From a virus: a DNA stretch of 64,000 nt. Location: the IMG/VR virus record IMGVR_UViG_3300005253_000054, positions 36,284 to 100,283 of that record. One strand, 5' to 3'. The notes below the pieces were generated by a model, which saw nothing but the letters and a program-made list of their open reading frames with translations, did not search any database and was not told the DNA's origin. The position numbers and the translations under genes were made by a program. Each line of letters begins with the position of its first letter. The first letter of the stretch is position 1. Shown in pieces: positions 26,423-36,050 of this stretch.

Positions 26423-27671
26423 ATAAAGGAGATAGGAATGTCAATAGTTGATAAACAAACCCCAGTAACTTCAGGATATAAACGACAGTGGACACGTTGT
26501 AAGGAATGTAAGAATATTGCCTATTACGACTACATACCGTATGGTTTGGGTAATCCTACACGTACATTACCATGCGGTCATGGTCTGTTCCTTCGTTTTG
26601 ATGAGGCCATAGATTTTATTACAGAAGAAGATGCGATAAAGGAAACTTCATAATGAATGGTCCGAATTGGGGTAAGGGACGATGCAGCAAGATCAGCTAA
26701 AGAAGGATAGATTAGAGAAACGAATCACACACATAATAGGGTTGATGGGGGAAGACCCCACTGATGGGGCCTTACGAGAGAGATTAAGAGTAATGTCAAG
26801 ACAACGCAGACATGTACTAGAGAAGAGGTATTTAAGACTGAGCCGTCTTTTTGAGCTATTAAAGATACTCTTACCTACAGAAGAAAAATCAAAACAATCA
26901 AACCGATATATGGAGGTTCTAATCGAGCGATGAATAAAATAGAACAAATACGAGTAATACTATCTGACTTAGAGCCATCGCGGTCTTCTAATTTGGTACC
27001 ATTGGTAGCTGATTTAGTAAAAGATTATGAACGATTAGAGAAGTCTTTGCCTGATTTGGTTGAACTTGCCGGAAAGCATGGTAGAGAAGGAAACGAACCA
27101 TCAATCTACCAACGTGGTAATATATGGCGTTATCATGTAAATCGTTGTGGTAATAACTGGGAGGACGATACTGATCCATCTAAAGCAGCCGAGAGAGCAG
27201 ATAAACAAAAGAGGATCAAATGACTAACAAGCAATCCGTACCAAGAGAATATGTAATCACAAGGAAGGAGACGGATTTATGGTCTGCTCAAGGCCCGGTC
27301 TATTGGCACGAAAAACCTATTCATATTGGTCGAGATCGTGAAGGGGCGTTTAAGATACTAGCAAAGGAAAGGAAACGAGATACAAAACGAGCAGAGGGTA
27401 AGTCGTTGAGATATACGTTACTGAATGTTTACTGTGATGGGGATGAAAGATATGGATAACTCTTAACAAAAACAAGGGAGAAAACAAAATGTTGACAAGC
27501 AAACAGATACATCTTATCCTCAATTTAATATCAGAGAAGTATGGTGCAGGGTATGTATCGGAAGAGGATCATCCTAAAATGGGTGGACTACAGGCAACCC
27601 TGTCTGTTATGTTGGAAGTGGCATTGAAAAGGTAAAACAATTCCTAACTAACTCTTCAATACTACCCCCAT

Positions 27672-27700
27672 TTGCAAAACAACCCGAAATCCCGTACAAT
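27672..27700 (+). promoter_or_regulatory. Sigma70-like promoter
   Basis: TTGCAA-17 nt-TACAAT upstream of 27730. Confidence 0.65.
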
Positions 27701-27729
27701 GGGAAAGGGAGTACAAAGGATATGCAAAA

Positions 27730-28428
27730 ATGGGTCGTATAGCTAATCGTCAAGAGAATGCTAAGAAAGCATCAATGAGGGAACGTAGACGCAGAGTAGA
27801 AACTGCTGTCTGTAAAGGGATTCCACAATGGCAAATAGCTAGGATGGAAGGGGTGGATGATTCTACTATCTGTCTTGATCTAAAAGTAATACGGAAAGAG
27901 TGGACCAAAGAGGATGAGGAGTGGGGAAAGTCACATCGGGATAGAAGGATAAAGGAGTTCGAGCAATTAAGACGGGATGCCTACAAATCCTTTGATCGGA
28001 GTAAGAGGAAAGCAACAGTAGTCCCATGTCAGACGTGTGGGGGCAAAGGGTACATACCTGATAATGGTGCTTGCCCGATATGTGAAGGTAAGGGATACCT
28101 TAGAACGGAATACAAGGTAGCCGGGGATTCCAAATTTTTAGCAGAGGTAAGGGCGTGTACGATAGAGATTGCCAAACTCGAAAGCCTTTATCCTGATAAG
28201 AAGGTACAAGTGGGTGTCAATGGGAAGGTGGAACACGAACATAAACATGTAGTGATGAATGGCAATCCTTATCTGAACGCATCCGATGATGATGTGTTAG
28301 AGATTTGGAAGCAAATGGAACGTTTGCGGAATGGGAACGGGCGTGGTACAATGAATGGAGATAGGGTGATTGAGGGTAAGGTAATTAAGAAGAAAGAGAA
28401 GAAAGAGAAGAAAGGGAAGAAAGCATGA
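27730..28428 (+). CDS. Probable terminase small subunit with DnaJ-type Zn finger insert
   Basis: HTH GIPQWQIARMEGVDDSTICLDL; CQTCGGKG/CPICEGKG; VEHEH-type C-terminus. Confidence 0.6.
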   Translation: MGRIANRQENAKKASMRERRRRVETAVCKGIPQWQIARMEGVDDSTICLDLKVIRKEWTKEDEEWGKSHRDRRIKEFEQLRRDAYKSFDRSKRKATVVPCQTCGGKGYIPDNGACPICEGKGYLRTEYKVAGDSKFLAEVRACTIEIAKLESLYPDKKVQVGVNGKVEHEHKHVVMNGNPYLNASDDDVLEIWKQMERLRNGNGRGTMNGDRVIEGKVIKKKEKKEKKGKKA

Positions 28429-28785
28429 TAGAAGAATCCGAAGAGAGAATCTTACGAATGCCAGCCAAGTCATTTTGGAAAATCCTGAATGTAGCTTTCC
28501 TCTTTGGTGCATTCTGTATGTGGGTAGTAATGCGGTGATTGAGAAAAGGGATAAGTAACATGGGAAGAGGTGCAAATCGTCGTGGTAAAAGAAAACAACA
28601 GACGGCTAAGCAGTTGATAGACAAACGTAAGAAGATTATCGATGCTGCCGATGCAAAGGCTGTGGATGATATACGGAAGAAAGAGAGACACCCCTAAACG
28701 ATCTTGCTGTTGGTGTTTGGCTATTCTGTCCGGTGGCTGTATACTGATGTCTTGATCGTTAGGGGCTTTTTGAGAAAGTAATAGA

Positions 28786-29343
28786 ATGAACGCTCCCGAT
28801 CCAGCGAACGAACCGCAGACGCCGATAGGCGAATGTTTGGAACCATTTGACTTCCTCGTTAAACCGGGTGATGCAACGTCAGAGGAATTGTCCAAGTTGT
28901 TTATGAGTCTATCCGATCTGTGGAAGTTGACCGGTGGGCAGTCTCTCGCGTTCTCGGTTGTAGAGTCCCGAGATACAGCAGACGGTGGAATCGTGAAGGT
29001 ACGGGCGACACCAACTGATTTCGGTGTCCCGGCTGAGCAAGTGGAACCACGGGCACCGATGGCCAAGATTGATAAGGCAATTGCTACTCTGGAAGCGGTA
29101 GTGCAACCCGACGTATTCGCCCGGCTGGAGGCGTGGCTTCGCGGAGAGAGTGGACGAAAAATCATCGTGAACGAGATGGGTGACAGCGGGTTTGAGGTGG
29201 TTCTACGAGTCAGTAGTAGAGAACTCGACGTTGTTGCGTCAGAGCGGGAGACCAGCTTCGTAGATGCATTAATTGCCAAAGCCCCCGGCCTTGCCGCAAC
29301 GATCGAGGCGGCGTTAGAGAAAGTGGAAAAGGAGGAGTTATGA
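28786..29343 (+). CDS. Hypothetical protein in a GC-richer segment
   Basis: 185 aa ORF; visibly higher GC than the flanks. Confidence 0.55.
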   Translation: MNAPDPANEPQTPIGECLEPFDFLVKPGDATSEELSKLFMSLSDLWKLTGGQSLAFSVVESRDTADGGIVKVRATPTDFGVPAEQVEPRAPMAKIDKAIATLEAVVQPDVFARLEAWLRGESGRKIIVNEMGDSGFEVVLRVSSRELDVVASERETSFVDALIAKAPGLAATIEAALEKVEKEEL

Positions 29344-29642
29344 ACCGAGTAGCCTACATCGCACCGCGAGTGCTATTTGGAGTCAGTGCAGCGTGTTACT
29401 CATATTCGACATTTTTCCCAGTGACACCGTTGACTGGGGCTGTGTTAGCTTTTACCGCTGGTATAATTGCATTTGTCGGATTGACAATGGCGTGTTTTAT
29501 CTACGTGGAGACGTGACGAATGACCGAGCAAACCGCGAAGACGCCCGACCTATTAGATTGGATCGCCTGGAGAAATACGATGAGATCGCTCGTGCGTCTC
29601 TGCAGGGAAATCAAGTATGGTCCTACCGACTGCCAAGCCGCT

Positions 29643-29848
29643 GCCGAGCAGATACGTGAATGGGAGAATCAATGAACGTTGCACCACCATTCCGCTTTAC
29701 GCCGCTGAGCTTCGATGACCCTGACCAACGCAGCCGATTTGTCGCGGTGCCGGTCGTGACGCCGAACGGGAAAGAATACACAATGGTACTGCCTCGTCAT
29801 GACGCCGCCGAGCAGATCGCTGAATGGGAGAAGCAATGAACGTTGTAC
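29643..29848 (+). repeat. Imperfect 42-bp direct repeat spanning gene junctions
   Basis: 29643-29684 vs 29807-29848, 37/42 identical; each copy contains SD plus an ATGA stop/start overlap. Confidence 0.85.
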
Positions 29849-29935
29849 TCCCACTTTTTGGAGAATCAAACAGGATGGTGTACAATTGTAGATGTTGGTT
29901 TTTGAGTTTTCTCTAATCGAAAGTGAGGTGTTGTG

Positions 29936-30205
29936 ATGGAGATTCTTATTTTGTTTATGCCATATTTCATCGAATGGTTGATGAAATGTCAAGAGGATCG
30001 TAATCGTGATGATATTGAGGCTGGATTGAATAATCCTGGGATTAGGGAATGGTTTGCTATTCGGGCAGTTATTAAGAGGAGAAAGAATCTTAAAGGCAGA
30101 GATTTGCGTATGACAGTGCGTGATAGTTTTGCCGCATTAAAAGAGCTTGAACCAGAGGATGTACAGGAACTTATGGCAGCGGTTCCGTTGTTGCCTCAAT
30201 CTTAG
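29936..30205 (+). CDS. Small protein with hydrophobic N-terminus
   Basis: MEILILFMPYFIEWL; SD GAGGTG. Confidence 0.55.
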   Translation: MEILILFMPYFIEWLMKCQEDRNRDDIEAGLNNPGIREWFAIRAVIKRRKNLKGRDLRMTVRDSFAALKELEPEDVQELMAAVPLLPQS

Positions 30206-30218
30206 GAGAGGAGATCCT

Positions 30219-30995
30219 ATGAAACCGCTATTTACGTTCTACCGTCTCGGCTGGCCGCTCATTCCGGTTGCCATCGTATTGGTGTGGGCGTTCCACGCCC
30301 CGGGCCAATCGTTACCTCAGCCCGGCGACACCCCCGCTCCGGTGGTTGATCTAGTTGAGCACAACGAACTGGTTGCCAAGATTACTGGACCAACCACGGT
30401 TAGGGTTGGTTCAGTTATCACTTTCAACATCTTTGGTTCCAGTGAAGAGGGACAAGAGCTTGTATTTCGCCCCCACGTCCCTGACGATGCGATTATGTGG
30501 GATACTGGCGGTGAGGTTATCTACGCATGGGTGGCCCGTCTAGGGCATTACAAGGCAATCTGGAGCGTTGAGACGGACCATGCGGCAGATATAAAGATTT
30601 GGGCGTTTGAGGTTACGGAAGATGATCCCGATGATCTGCCACCTAATGACAATGGAATTACGGAAGTTATGGTAAGGGAATGGCTCAATAATGTGCCAAA
30701 AGCAGTAAGGGATGAGATCATAGAAGATCCAATTACGGGTGAGAAGTATACACGACAAGAGGCGGTTGGTAAGACGTTCTCACAGATTGGTGAGACTGTT
30801 AAGGCTCTTGGTTCTGTCAGGGCGGCTAATGTTATGCTCACTACTGGATTAGTGGCGTCGTTCGGACCAAAGGCGAAAGAGTGGCAATCGTTCGCAGTGT
30901 TGGCCGATGCTGCCCTAAAGGAGTTGGAGGATGATAAGGTGGGTGCTGCTGAATATGGTCAAGTGCTTTTGTTGATAGGGGGTGTTTTACAATGA
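30219..30995 (+). CDS. Secreted or membrane-anchored protein
   Basis: N-terminal hydrophobic helix, beta-rich domain, acidic Pro linker, helical domain. Confidence 0.6.
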   Translation: MKPLFTFYRLGWPLIPVAIVLVWAFHAPGQSLPQPGDTPAPVVDLVEHNELVAKITGPTTVRVGSVITFNIFGSSEEGQELVFRPHVPDDAIMWDTGGEVIYAWVARLGHYKAIWSVETDHAADIKIWAFEVTEDDPDDLPPNDNGITEVMVREWLNNVPKAVRDEIIEDPITGEKYTRQEAVGKTFSQIGETVKALGSVRAANVMLTTGLVASFGPKAKEWQSFAVLADAALKELEDDKVGAAEYGQVLLLIGGVLQ

Positions 30996-31516
30996 CGGAT
31001 TTTTCTAATCAGTTACGGGATATTGCCATGCGACCGGCTGTTTCTCGTAAGGATCGTGATTGTTTCCGTGGGGCTGCTACCAAGATTGAACATCTCAAGA
31101 TGGCCCTCGCTCGTTGGATGAAACATCCACCTGCGGAATGTGTTCCGACTCAAGCTATTGTGATGGGAAAGCGTGCTTTGGAGGGTGAAGATTTGGCTGA
31201 TCTGGATGTGGTGACTCGTGCTTGTAAGGCTGAGACCGAGATTGAACGCCTCCAAGGAATCGTCGATAGTCTGCCAGTTGATGCAGAAGGTGTGGCGATT
31301 GTTCCAGGTCGTACCGTAGCATTACGCCATAATACAGTGATAAAAAGTGGTACTGTCGATTTGCATATTCGTGGTACAAAGGTATATATTGTTGCCAATG
31401 TTGCCACCGATGCAATCCTACTGTACGGTGAACATCACGGGACTTACGGAATTGCAAAACCTAGTGATTGCTATGGATCAATAGAAGCCGCTGAAGCCGT
31501 AAAGGAGAAAGTATGA
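30992..31516 (+). CDS. Hypothetical protein
   Basis: Translationally coupled to both neighbours. Confidence 0.55.
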   Translation: MTDFSNQLRDIAMRPAVSRKDRDCFRGAATKIEHLKMALARWMKHPPAECVPTQAIVMGKRALEGEDLADLDVVTRACKAETEIERLQGIVDSLPVDAEGVAIVPGRTVALRHNTVIKSGTVDLHIRGTKVYIVANVATDAILLYGEHHGTYGIAKPSDCYGSIEAAEAVKEKV

Positions 31517-32421
31517 CAGATCGAGAAGTTATCGAACTGCTTGAACGAACGGGGCATTTGCGTCGTCCGTTTGGTGCTATTCGCCAAAACGTGCCGCGTT
31601 GCGACGAATCAGATTATGATGCTCTTACACTTGATAGTGATACAGTGGTGTATTCTATTCTCAGTTATCAAGACTTTATGATGGAACGTCTTGACCCGTT
31701 GTGTCTGAAACATCATTCTCGCCCGGCATTATTAGATGGTCATGTTGGACCAGCGACCAGAGAGCTATTCGAGTTGCCACGTTGCGGCTATCCCGATTAC
31801 GGGGAAGAGGTACAGCCTGCTATTGGTAAGGGTAGTTGGGCAGGTTGTCATGGCATAGGTGATTTTCATGCTGCAACAATTTATGTAGATGAAACCAATA
31901 TGTCAGCATTCCTAAAGCCCATTTTTCAGAAGGTATGGGATAGATCGGTAGCGGCCTATACTGATATTGGTTTGCAGTTTACCAGAACGGATGATGAAAA
32001 ATCTGCAAATATCCACATGTCCTTTGAGCTTGGGCGTAGACCTTATATTGGATTGGCCCAAGTTGGAAGGAATCAGCCCTGTAAAGGTGATCAGATTTGG
32101 TGCAAATTCCTAGCATCATATCAACCAGCTAAATTGTTAGAGTATTGGACGCGATTGAACATGCACGAATGGGCACACCTTGCAAGTTTGCGGCATACTA
32201 GGGGTGGGATAATGAATCCTAGTATTACGCCTGGTCTAGCATCTTGGAAAGACGATCCATCGGAACCGATTCTAAAGGGACTCTATGGTGGTGTGCCAAT
32301 ACCTGATAATAGAACAGAGGAGTATTGGGTTACACAATGCTTTAAGTCTAATAGAGGCAGAGAGTCTTGTGTGCCATTGGTGCCGCCTATACGTGTTGAT
32401 GAGGAGCCTTGGGATGCGTAA
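31513..32421 (+). CDS. Matrixin (M10)-like zinc metalloprotease with propeptide
   Basis: PRCGYPD cysteine switch; HEWAHLASLRH zinc motif; IMNP Met-turn. Confidence 0.85.
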   Translation: MTDREVIELLERTGHLRRPFGAIRQNVPRCDESDYDALTLDSDTVVYSILSYQDFMMERLDPLCLKHHSRPALLDGHVGPATRELFELPRCGYPDYGEEVQPAIGKGSWAGCHGIGDFHAATIYVDETNMSAFLKPIFQKVWDRSVAAYTDIGLQFTRTDDEKSANIHMSFELGRRPYIGLAQVGRNQPCKGDQIWCKFLASYQPAKLLEYWTRLNMHEWAHLASLRHTRGGIMNPSITPGLASWKDDPSEPILKGLYGGVPIPDNRTEEYWVTQCFKSNRGRESCVPLVPPIRVDEEPWDA

Positions 32422-32914
32422 TTTGATATTAGCAATTGTGTTGATCTGCCCATCGTTAGTGATGGCTGGTCCCTTATTAGATGCCATTGCAATATCAGAG
32501 AAGAGAATGGGACCAATCGAGAGAGCCATTGCGTTGGCATCTTCCAATGTTGAGGTTTTCGAGATTGCAACAACCAGCGGCAGTAAGGTTTTATTGCAGT
32601 TAGAACAACCAAGCATTCTGGAACCTGAGAAGAAACTGGATGTTGATTTATCGACTGGTCCAATTCTCAGGCCAGACGTAGGTTGTAAGTTATCAACTTG
32701 TGGTATGTGCGTCTTGAATAGTTTAGCGAATCACGGGCAGAGTTACGATTATCTGAAGACGTTGACCAACACTGAGCAGATGAGATTGCATTACCGATTA
32801 CATAATGAGTCTGGTTTTGAGGGGACTGTTGGAACGGTTCAATGTGTTACCAATAGTAGTGGTGGAGTACGAACGCAAAAGAAAGGGCCTTTGCGGAGGT
32901 TGTTTGGTAAGTAA
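32414..32914 (+). CDS. Secreted protein
   Basis: Signal peptide MRNLILAIVLICPSLVMA; Cys/His cluster; basic C-terminal tail. Confidence 0.6.
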   Translation: MRNLILAIVLICPSLVMAGPLLDAIAISEKRMGPIERAIALASSNVEVFEIATTSGSKVLLQLEQPSILEPEKKLDVDLSTGPILRPDVGCKLSTCGMCVLNSLANHGQSYDYLKTLTNTEQMRLHYRLHNESGFEGTVGTVQCVTNSSGGVRTQKKGPLRRLFGK

Positions 32915-32933
32915 TATCATGGGAGATAACAGG

Positions 32934-33635
32934 ATGAATACCCTTATCAATTTTATTTTGTGGCCATTTTGTTGGTTGGATAAACACAATCCAAATAGTA
33001 TAGGTCGTTTTCGTGGCCAGTTAGTTTGTTGTTGCAAAAGATGTGGGAAATTGCTAACCTGTTTGCTTTTAATGGTTTTGCTATTCGTTTCGGTTTCTCA
33101 GGCAGGAGAATCCCGCTATGTCACAACTCCACCTGATGTTGTGGTGGCTATGTTGGATGCCGCTGCTGTAATAATTACCGACACGGTGGTTGACTTGGGT
33201 TGCGGTGACGGTCGTATTCCGATTATTGCTGCCGCCAAGTATGGGGTCAGGGCTATAGGCGTCGAACTTGATTCAGAGATAGCGACGATTGCTAAACAGA
33301 ACGTAAAGCGTAATAACCTCGATCATTTGGTAGATATTCGGCAAGGTGATATACTACAAATGAAGTGGGGCGAGTCACGGCAGGTTGTAACTGTTTATCT
33401 TGATCCTGAATTATTGCAGAGATTAAGACCTGTTTTTGATAAATTGCCGATTGGATCGAGGATTGTTAGCTACCAACACCCCCTCTTTGGGTATAGCCAA
33501 GGGAAGGTTATTGAATTGTTTGGGCATCGTTTGTATCGGTATCGAGTAATTCAGAAGATCCGAAAGCAAAAGGTCTGCGGTCCAAGGGGTTGTACGTACG
33601 TGGATGTAGCTTACAAGGTGATTGAGGGTTTTTGA
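32934..33635 (+). CDS. Class I SAM-dependent methyltransferase with N-terminal hydrophobic segment
   Basis: YVTTP..VVDLGCGDGRI..GVELD. Confidence 0.85.
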   Translation: MNTLINFILWPFCWLDKHNPNSIGRFRGQLVCCCKRCGKLLTCLLLMVLLFVSVSQAGESRYVTTPPDVVVAMLDAAAVIITDTVVDLGCGDGRIPIIAAAKYGVRAIGVELDSEIATIAKQNVKRNNLDHLVDIRQGDILQMKWGESRQVVTVYLDPELLQRLRPVFDKLPIGSRIVSYQHPLFGYSQGKVIELFGHRLYRYRVIQKIRKQKVCGPRGCTYVDVAYKVIEGF

Positions 33636-34019
33636 AAGAGGTGGAAATGATGACTAGCCAAGCTGAATTGATTGAAGCAATCCAAACAAAATCTGCTAAA
33701 GAGTTGTTTGTATTGTTTGCCACTCTTGGAGAAGAATCGACACGACCAACGGCAGAAGATCAGATTGGGGAAGTGCTAGGTAGGATTGCTGCTGCGATTG
33801 TGGAAGAAAGATTTTTGAGAAATATTTGATAATCGGGGAGACCCAGGAAGATGGAATTTGAAAAATCGTGTAAGTGCAAAGCTGTAGCACACACTAGTTC
33901 AGTGGTCATCAGGACGACAAAAGAAAACGGTAGTTATGGGATGGATATTACACACCATCCAGGACCAGTATGTGATAAATGCAAAACACCGTGGAGACCT
34001 AGGAAGATGAACATGCGAG

Positions 34020-35570
34020 TTGAAAGAACAAACTGAAGAAGATATTAAGTTATTAGAAGCCTACAGGGAGAAAGCGTCAAACAGTTTTCTCACCTTCTTA
34101 AAGGGTCTTACGATACCCTCGGCTACGGGTCCGCAAGTATTTGATGATTGCTTGTACCCTTTCCAATTGGAATTCTTCCAAGACGTAGCACCTGCCCTAG
34201 AGGCCGTCAGATTGGGCCACATGCCACCTAAACGACGATTCTGGGTGGAGCGTACTAAGAAGGCAAGTAAGGATGGGGACATAGCCGTGTGTCTCTTGTG
34301 GCTGGTTGCCTTTGCTGTTAGACCTACTCGATTCCAAGCGGGTGCCGCCGACCGAGAACAGGCTGCCATTATCAGGGATAGGATAACGGATATTCTGCAT
34401 TGGAATCCGTGGCTAAATGAATTGGTTACAGTCCATACTTGGAACGTCAAATCTGAGAATGATTTAGCTACTTTGAGGATACTGGCTGCTGATATTGCGG
34501 GCAGCCACGGAGCTACACCAGACCTATTGGTGCTTGATGAATTGTCCCATATTACCAAGTGGGAATTTATTGAGAATCTTATGGATAATGCTACAGGCGT
34601 TCCCCAAGGCGTAGTGATTGTGGCAACGAATGCGGGATTCAAGGGAACGAAAGCAGATGTGTTACGTAAGAATGCAATCGAATCGGAGGATTGGTATACA
34701 CATTTTTGGCAAAGACCTAGCCCGTGGTTAAACAAAACGGATTTAGCTGATGCGAAGAGACGTAATCCAGCGACTAGATATAATCGTCTTTACTGGGGTA
34801 AGTGGGCTAGTGGCAAAGGTGATGCCTTGGATGAGGAGGACATAGATCGGTGTTTTTCTTATGGGATTAGGTCATTGGTCCGCCCGGAAGAGGGATGGCA
34901 ATACATCGCTGGTTTGGATCTTGGAATCAAAAACGATCATAGTGGGCTTGTTATTCTAGGTGTAAACGAAAGGGAAGGGGTCATACGGACGGCTTGGTAC
35001 AGGGATTGGGCCCCAAACCCCAAGACGGGAGAAGTCGATTTGGTAGACGTACAGGATACTTGTGAGGCGATGAGCAAAGCATTCGGCATTTGGTGGTTTG
35101 GTTTTGATCCTCACCAAGCTACATTGATGGCACAGCAGTTGCGGCGTAAACGAATACCGATGCAAGAGATGGTTTTTAATGGTAAGAACCTAGACGATAT
35201 GGCCCAATCATTTTTGCAGGTTGTAGAGAATGGTGTGCTTCAATGTTATGATGATGGGGAAGGTACGTTAAGAAGAGACTTTGGAAAATTCAATATAGTA
35301 GAAAGAGCTAACGGATTCAAGTTGGAATCGGTAAGTGATGAATATGGTCATGCCGATGTAGGAACGGCATTGGTTATATGTTTGCCGAAAGCAGTGTCCA
35401 TGTTGGAAGGCAAGATTGGTGGTTTGCTTCCCGGCGATGTGTTGGTGGAAGAAAACGATAGTCCATTAACTGAAAAAGAGGTTGACGATATGCCAGAGGA
35501 ACTGCGGGATATATACAATTCGGTAGAGGAACCAATAGGTACGGGTGTTGATGATTGGCAAACTTTTTAA
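34020..35570 (+). CDS. Terminase large subunit
   Basis: YPFQ, deviant Walker A RTKKASKD, LLVLDE, ATNAG, GLDLG nuclease motif, HAD. Confidence 0.8.
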   Translation: MKEQTEEDIKLLEAYREKASNSFLTFLKGLTIPSATGPQVFDDCLYPFQLEFFQDVAPALEAVRLGHMPPKRRFWVERTKKASKDGDIAVCLLWLVAFAVRPTRFQAGAADREQAAIIRDRITDILHWNPWLNELVTVHTWNVKSENDLATLRILAADIAGSHGATPDLLVLDELSHITKWEFIENLMDNATGVPQGVVIVATNAGFKGTKADVLRKNAIESEDWYTHFWQRPSPWLNKTDLADAKRRNPATRYNRLYWGKWASGKGDALDEEDIDRCFSYGIRSLVRPEEGWQYIAGLDLGIKNDHSGLVILGVNEREGVIRTAWYRDWAPNPKTGEVDLVDVQDTCEAMSKAFGIWWFGFDPHQATLMAQQLRRKRIPMQEMVFNGKNLDDMAQSFLQVVENGVLQCYDDGEGTLRRDFGKFNIVERANGFKLESVSDEYGHADVGTALVICLPKAVSMLEGKIGGLLPGDVLVEENDSPLTEKEVDDMPEELRDIYNSVEEPIGTGVDDWQTF

Positions 35571-35585
35571 TAGGAGGTAAGATAA

Positions 35586-36050
35586 ATGCCACTGCCACAA
35601 TTTTTCCGAATCATAGTTACGAACAATTCAGGACGAACAGTTACGTTCAATAACAATGGACGTTTCAATCTCAAGGTAACGTTCTGGCACATTGACCCTG
35701 ATACGGGTAAAACTGTCTATACGCAAGATGTCGATGACAATTTGGCATTTATTGCAGGTGATTCGACTATTGATGGGGCGGAAGAAAAGTCAAGTGAGAT
35801 TGATAACATTGCTGGGGATACGGAATTTCTTGGTGCCCATGTACAGTTGGAAGTAACGCACGATGAGGGTACTCTTGCAGATGGTAATTTCAATATTTAT
35901 CTTGATGGTGGTGACGCCGCCGGTGAGTTAGCATCGGATGCGGGTGGTTATACAAGTGCCGAGGCGGACTTTCTTCAGCATATAGGTTCATTGGCTTGGA
36001 TACCAGGTGCAGATGATGACACCAGGCGATCTGAAGTAATTGAGATTTAG
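35586..36050 (+). CDS. Putative structural protein
   Basis: Strong SD; acidic, beta-rich; directly precedes the LamG protein. Confidence 0.5.
   Translation: MPLPQFFRIIVTNNSGRTVTFNNNGRFNLKVTFWHIDPDTGKTVYTQDVDDNLAFIAGDSTIDGAEEKSSEIDNIAGDTEFLGAHVQLEVTHDEGTLADGNFNIYLDGGDAAGELASDAGGYTSAEADFLQHIGSLAWIPGADDDTRRSEVIEI

Noticed and set aside
28470-29279. 269 aa minus-strand ORF (similarly 34061-34735 and 47036-47759)
   Set aside because: No recognisable motifs; they overlap better-supported + strand genes, unlike the HNH ORF, which has motifs, SD and promoter.
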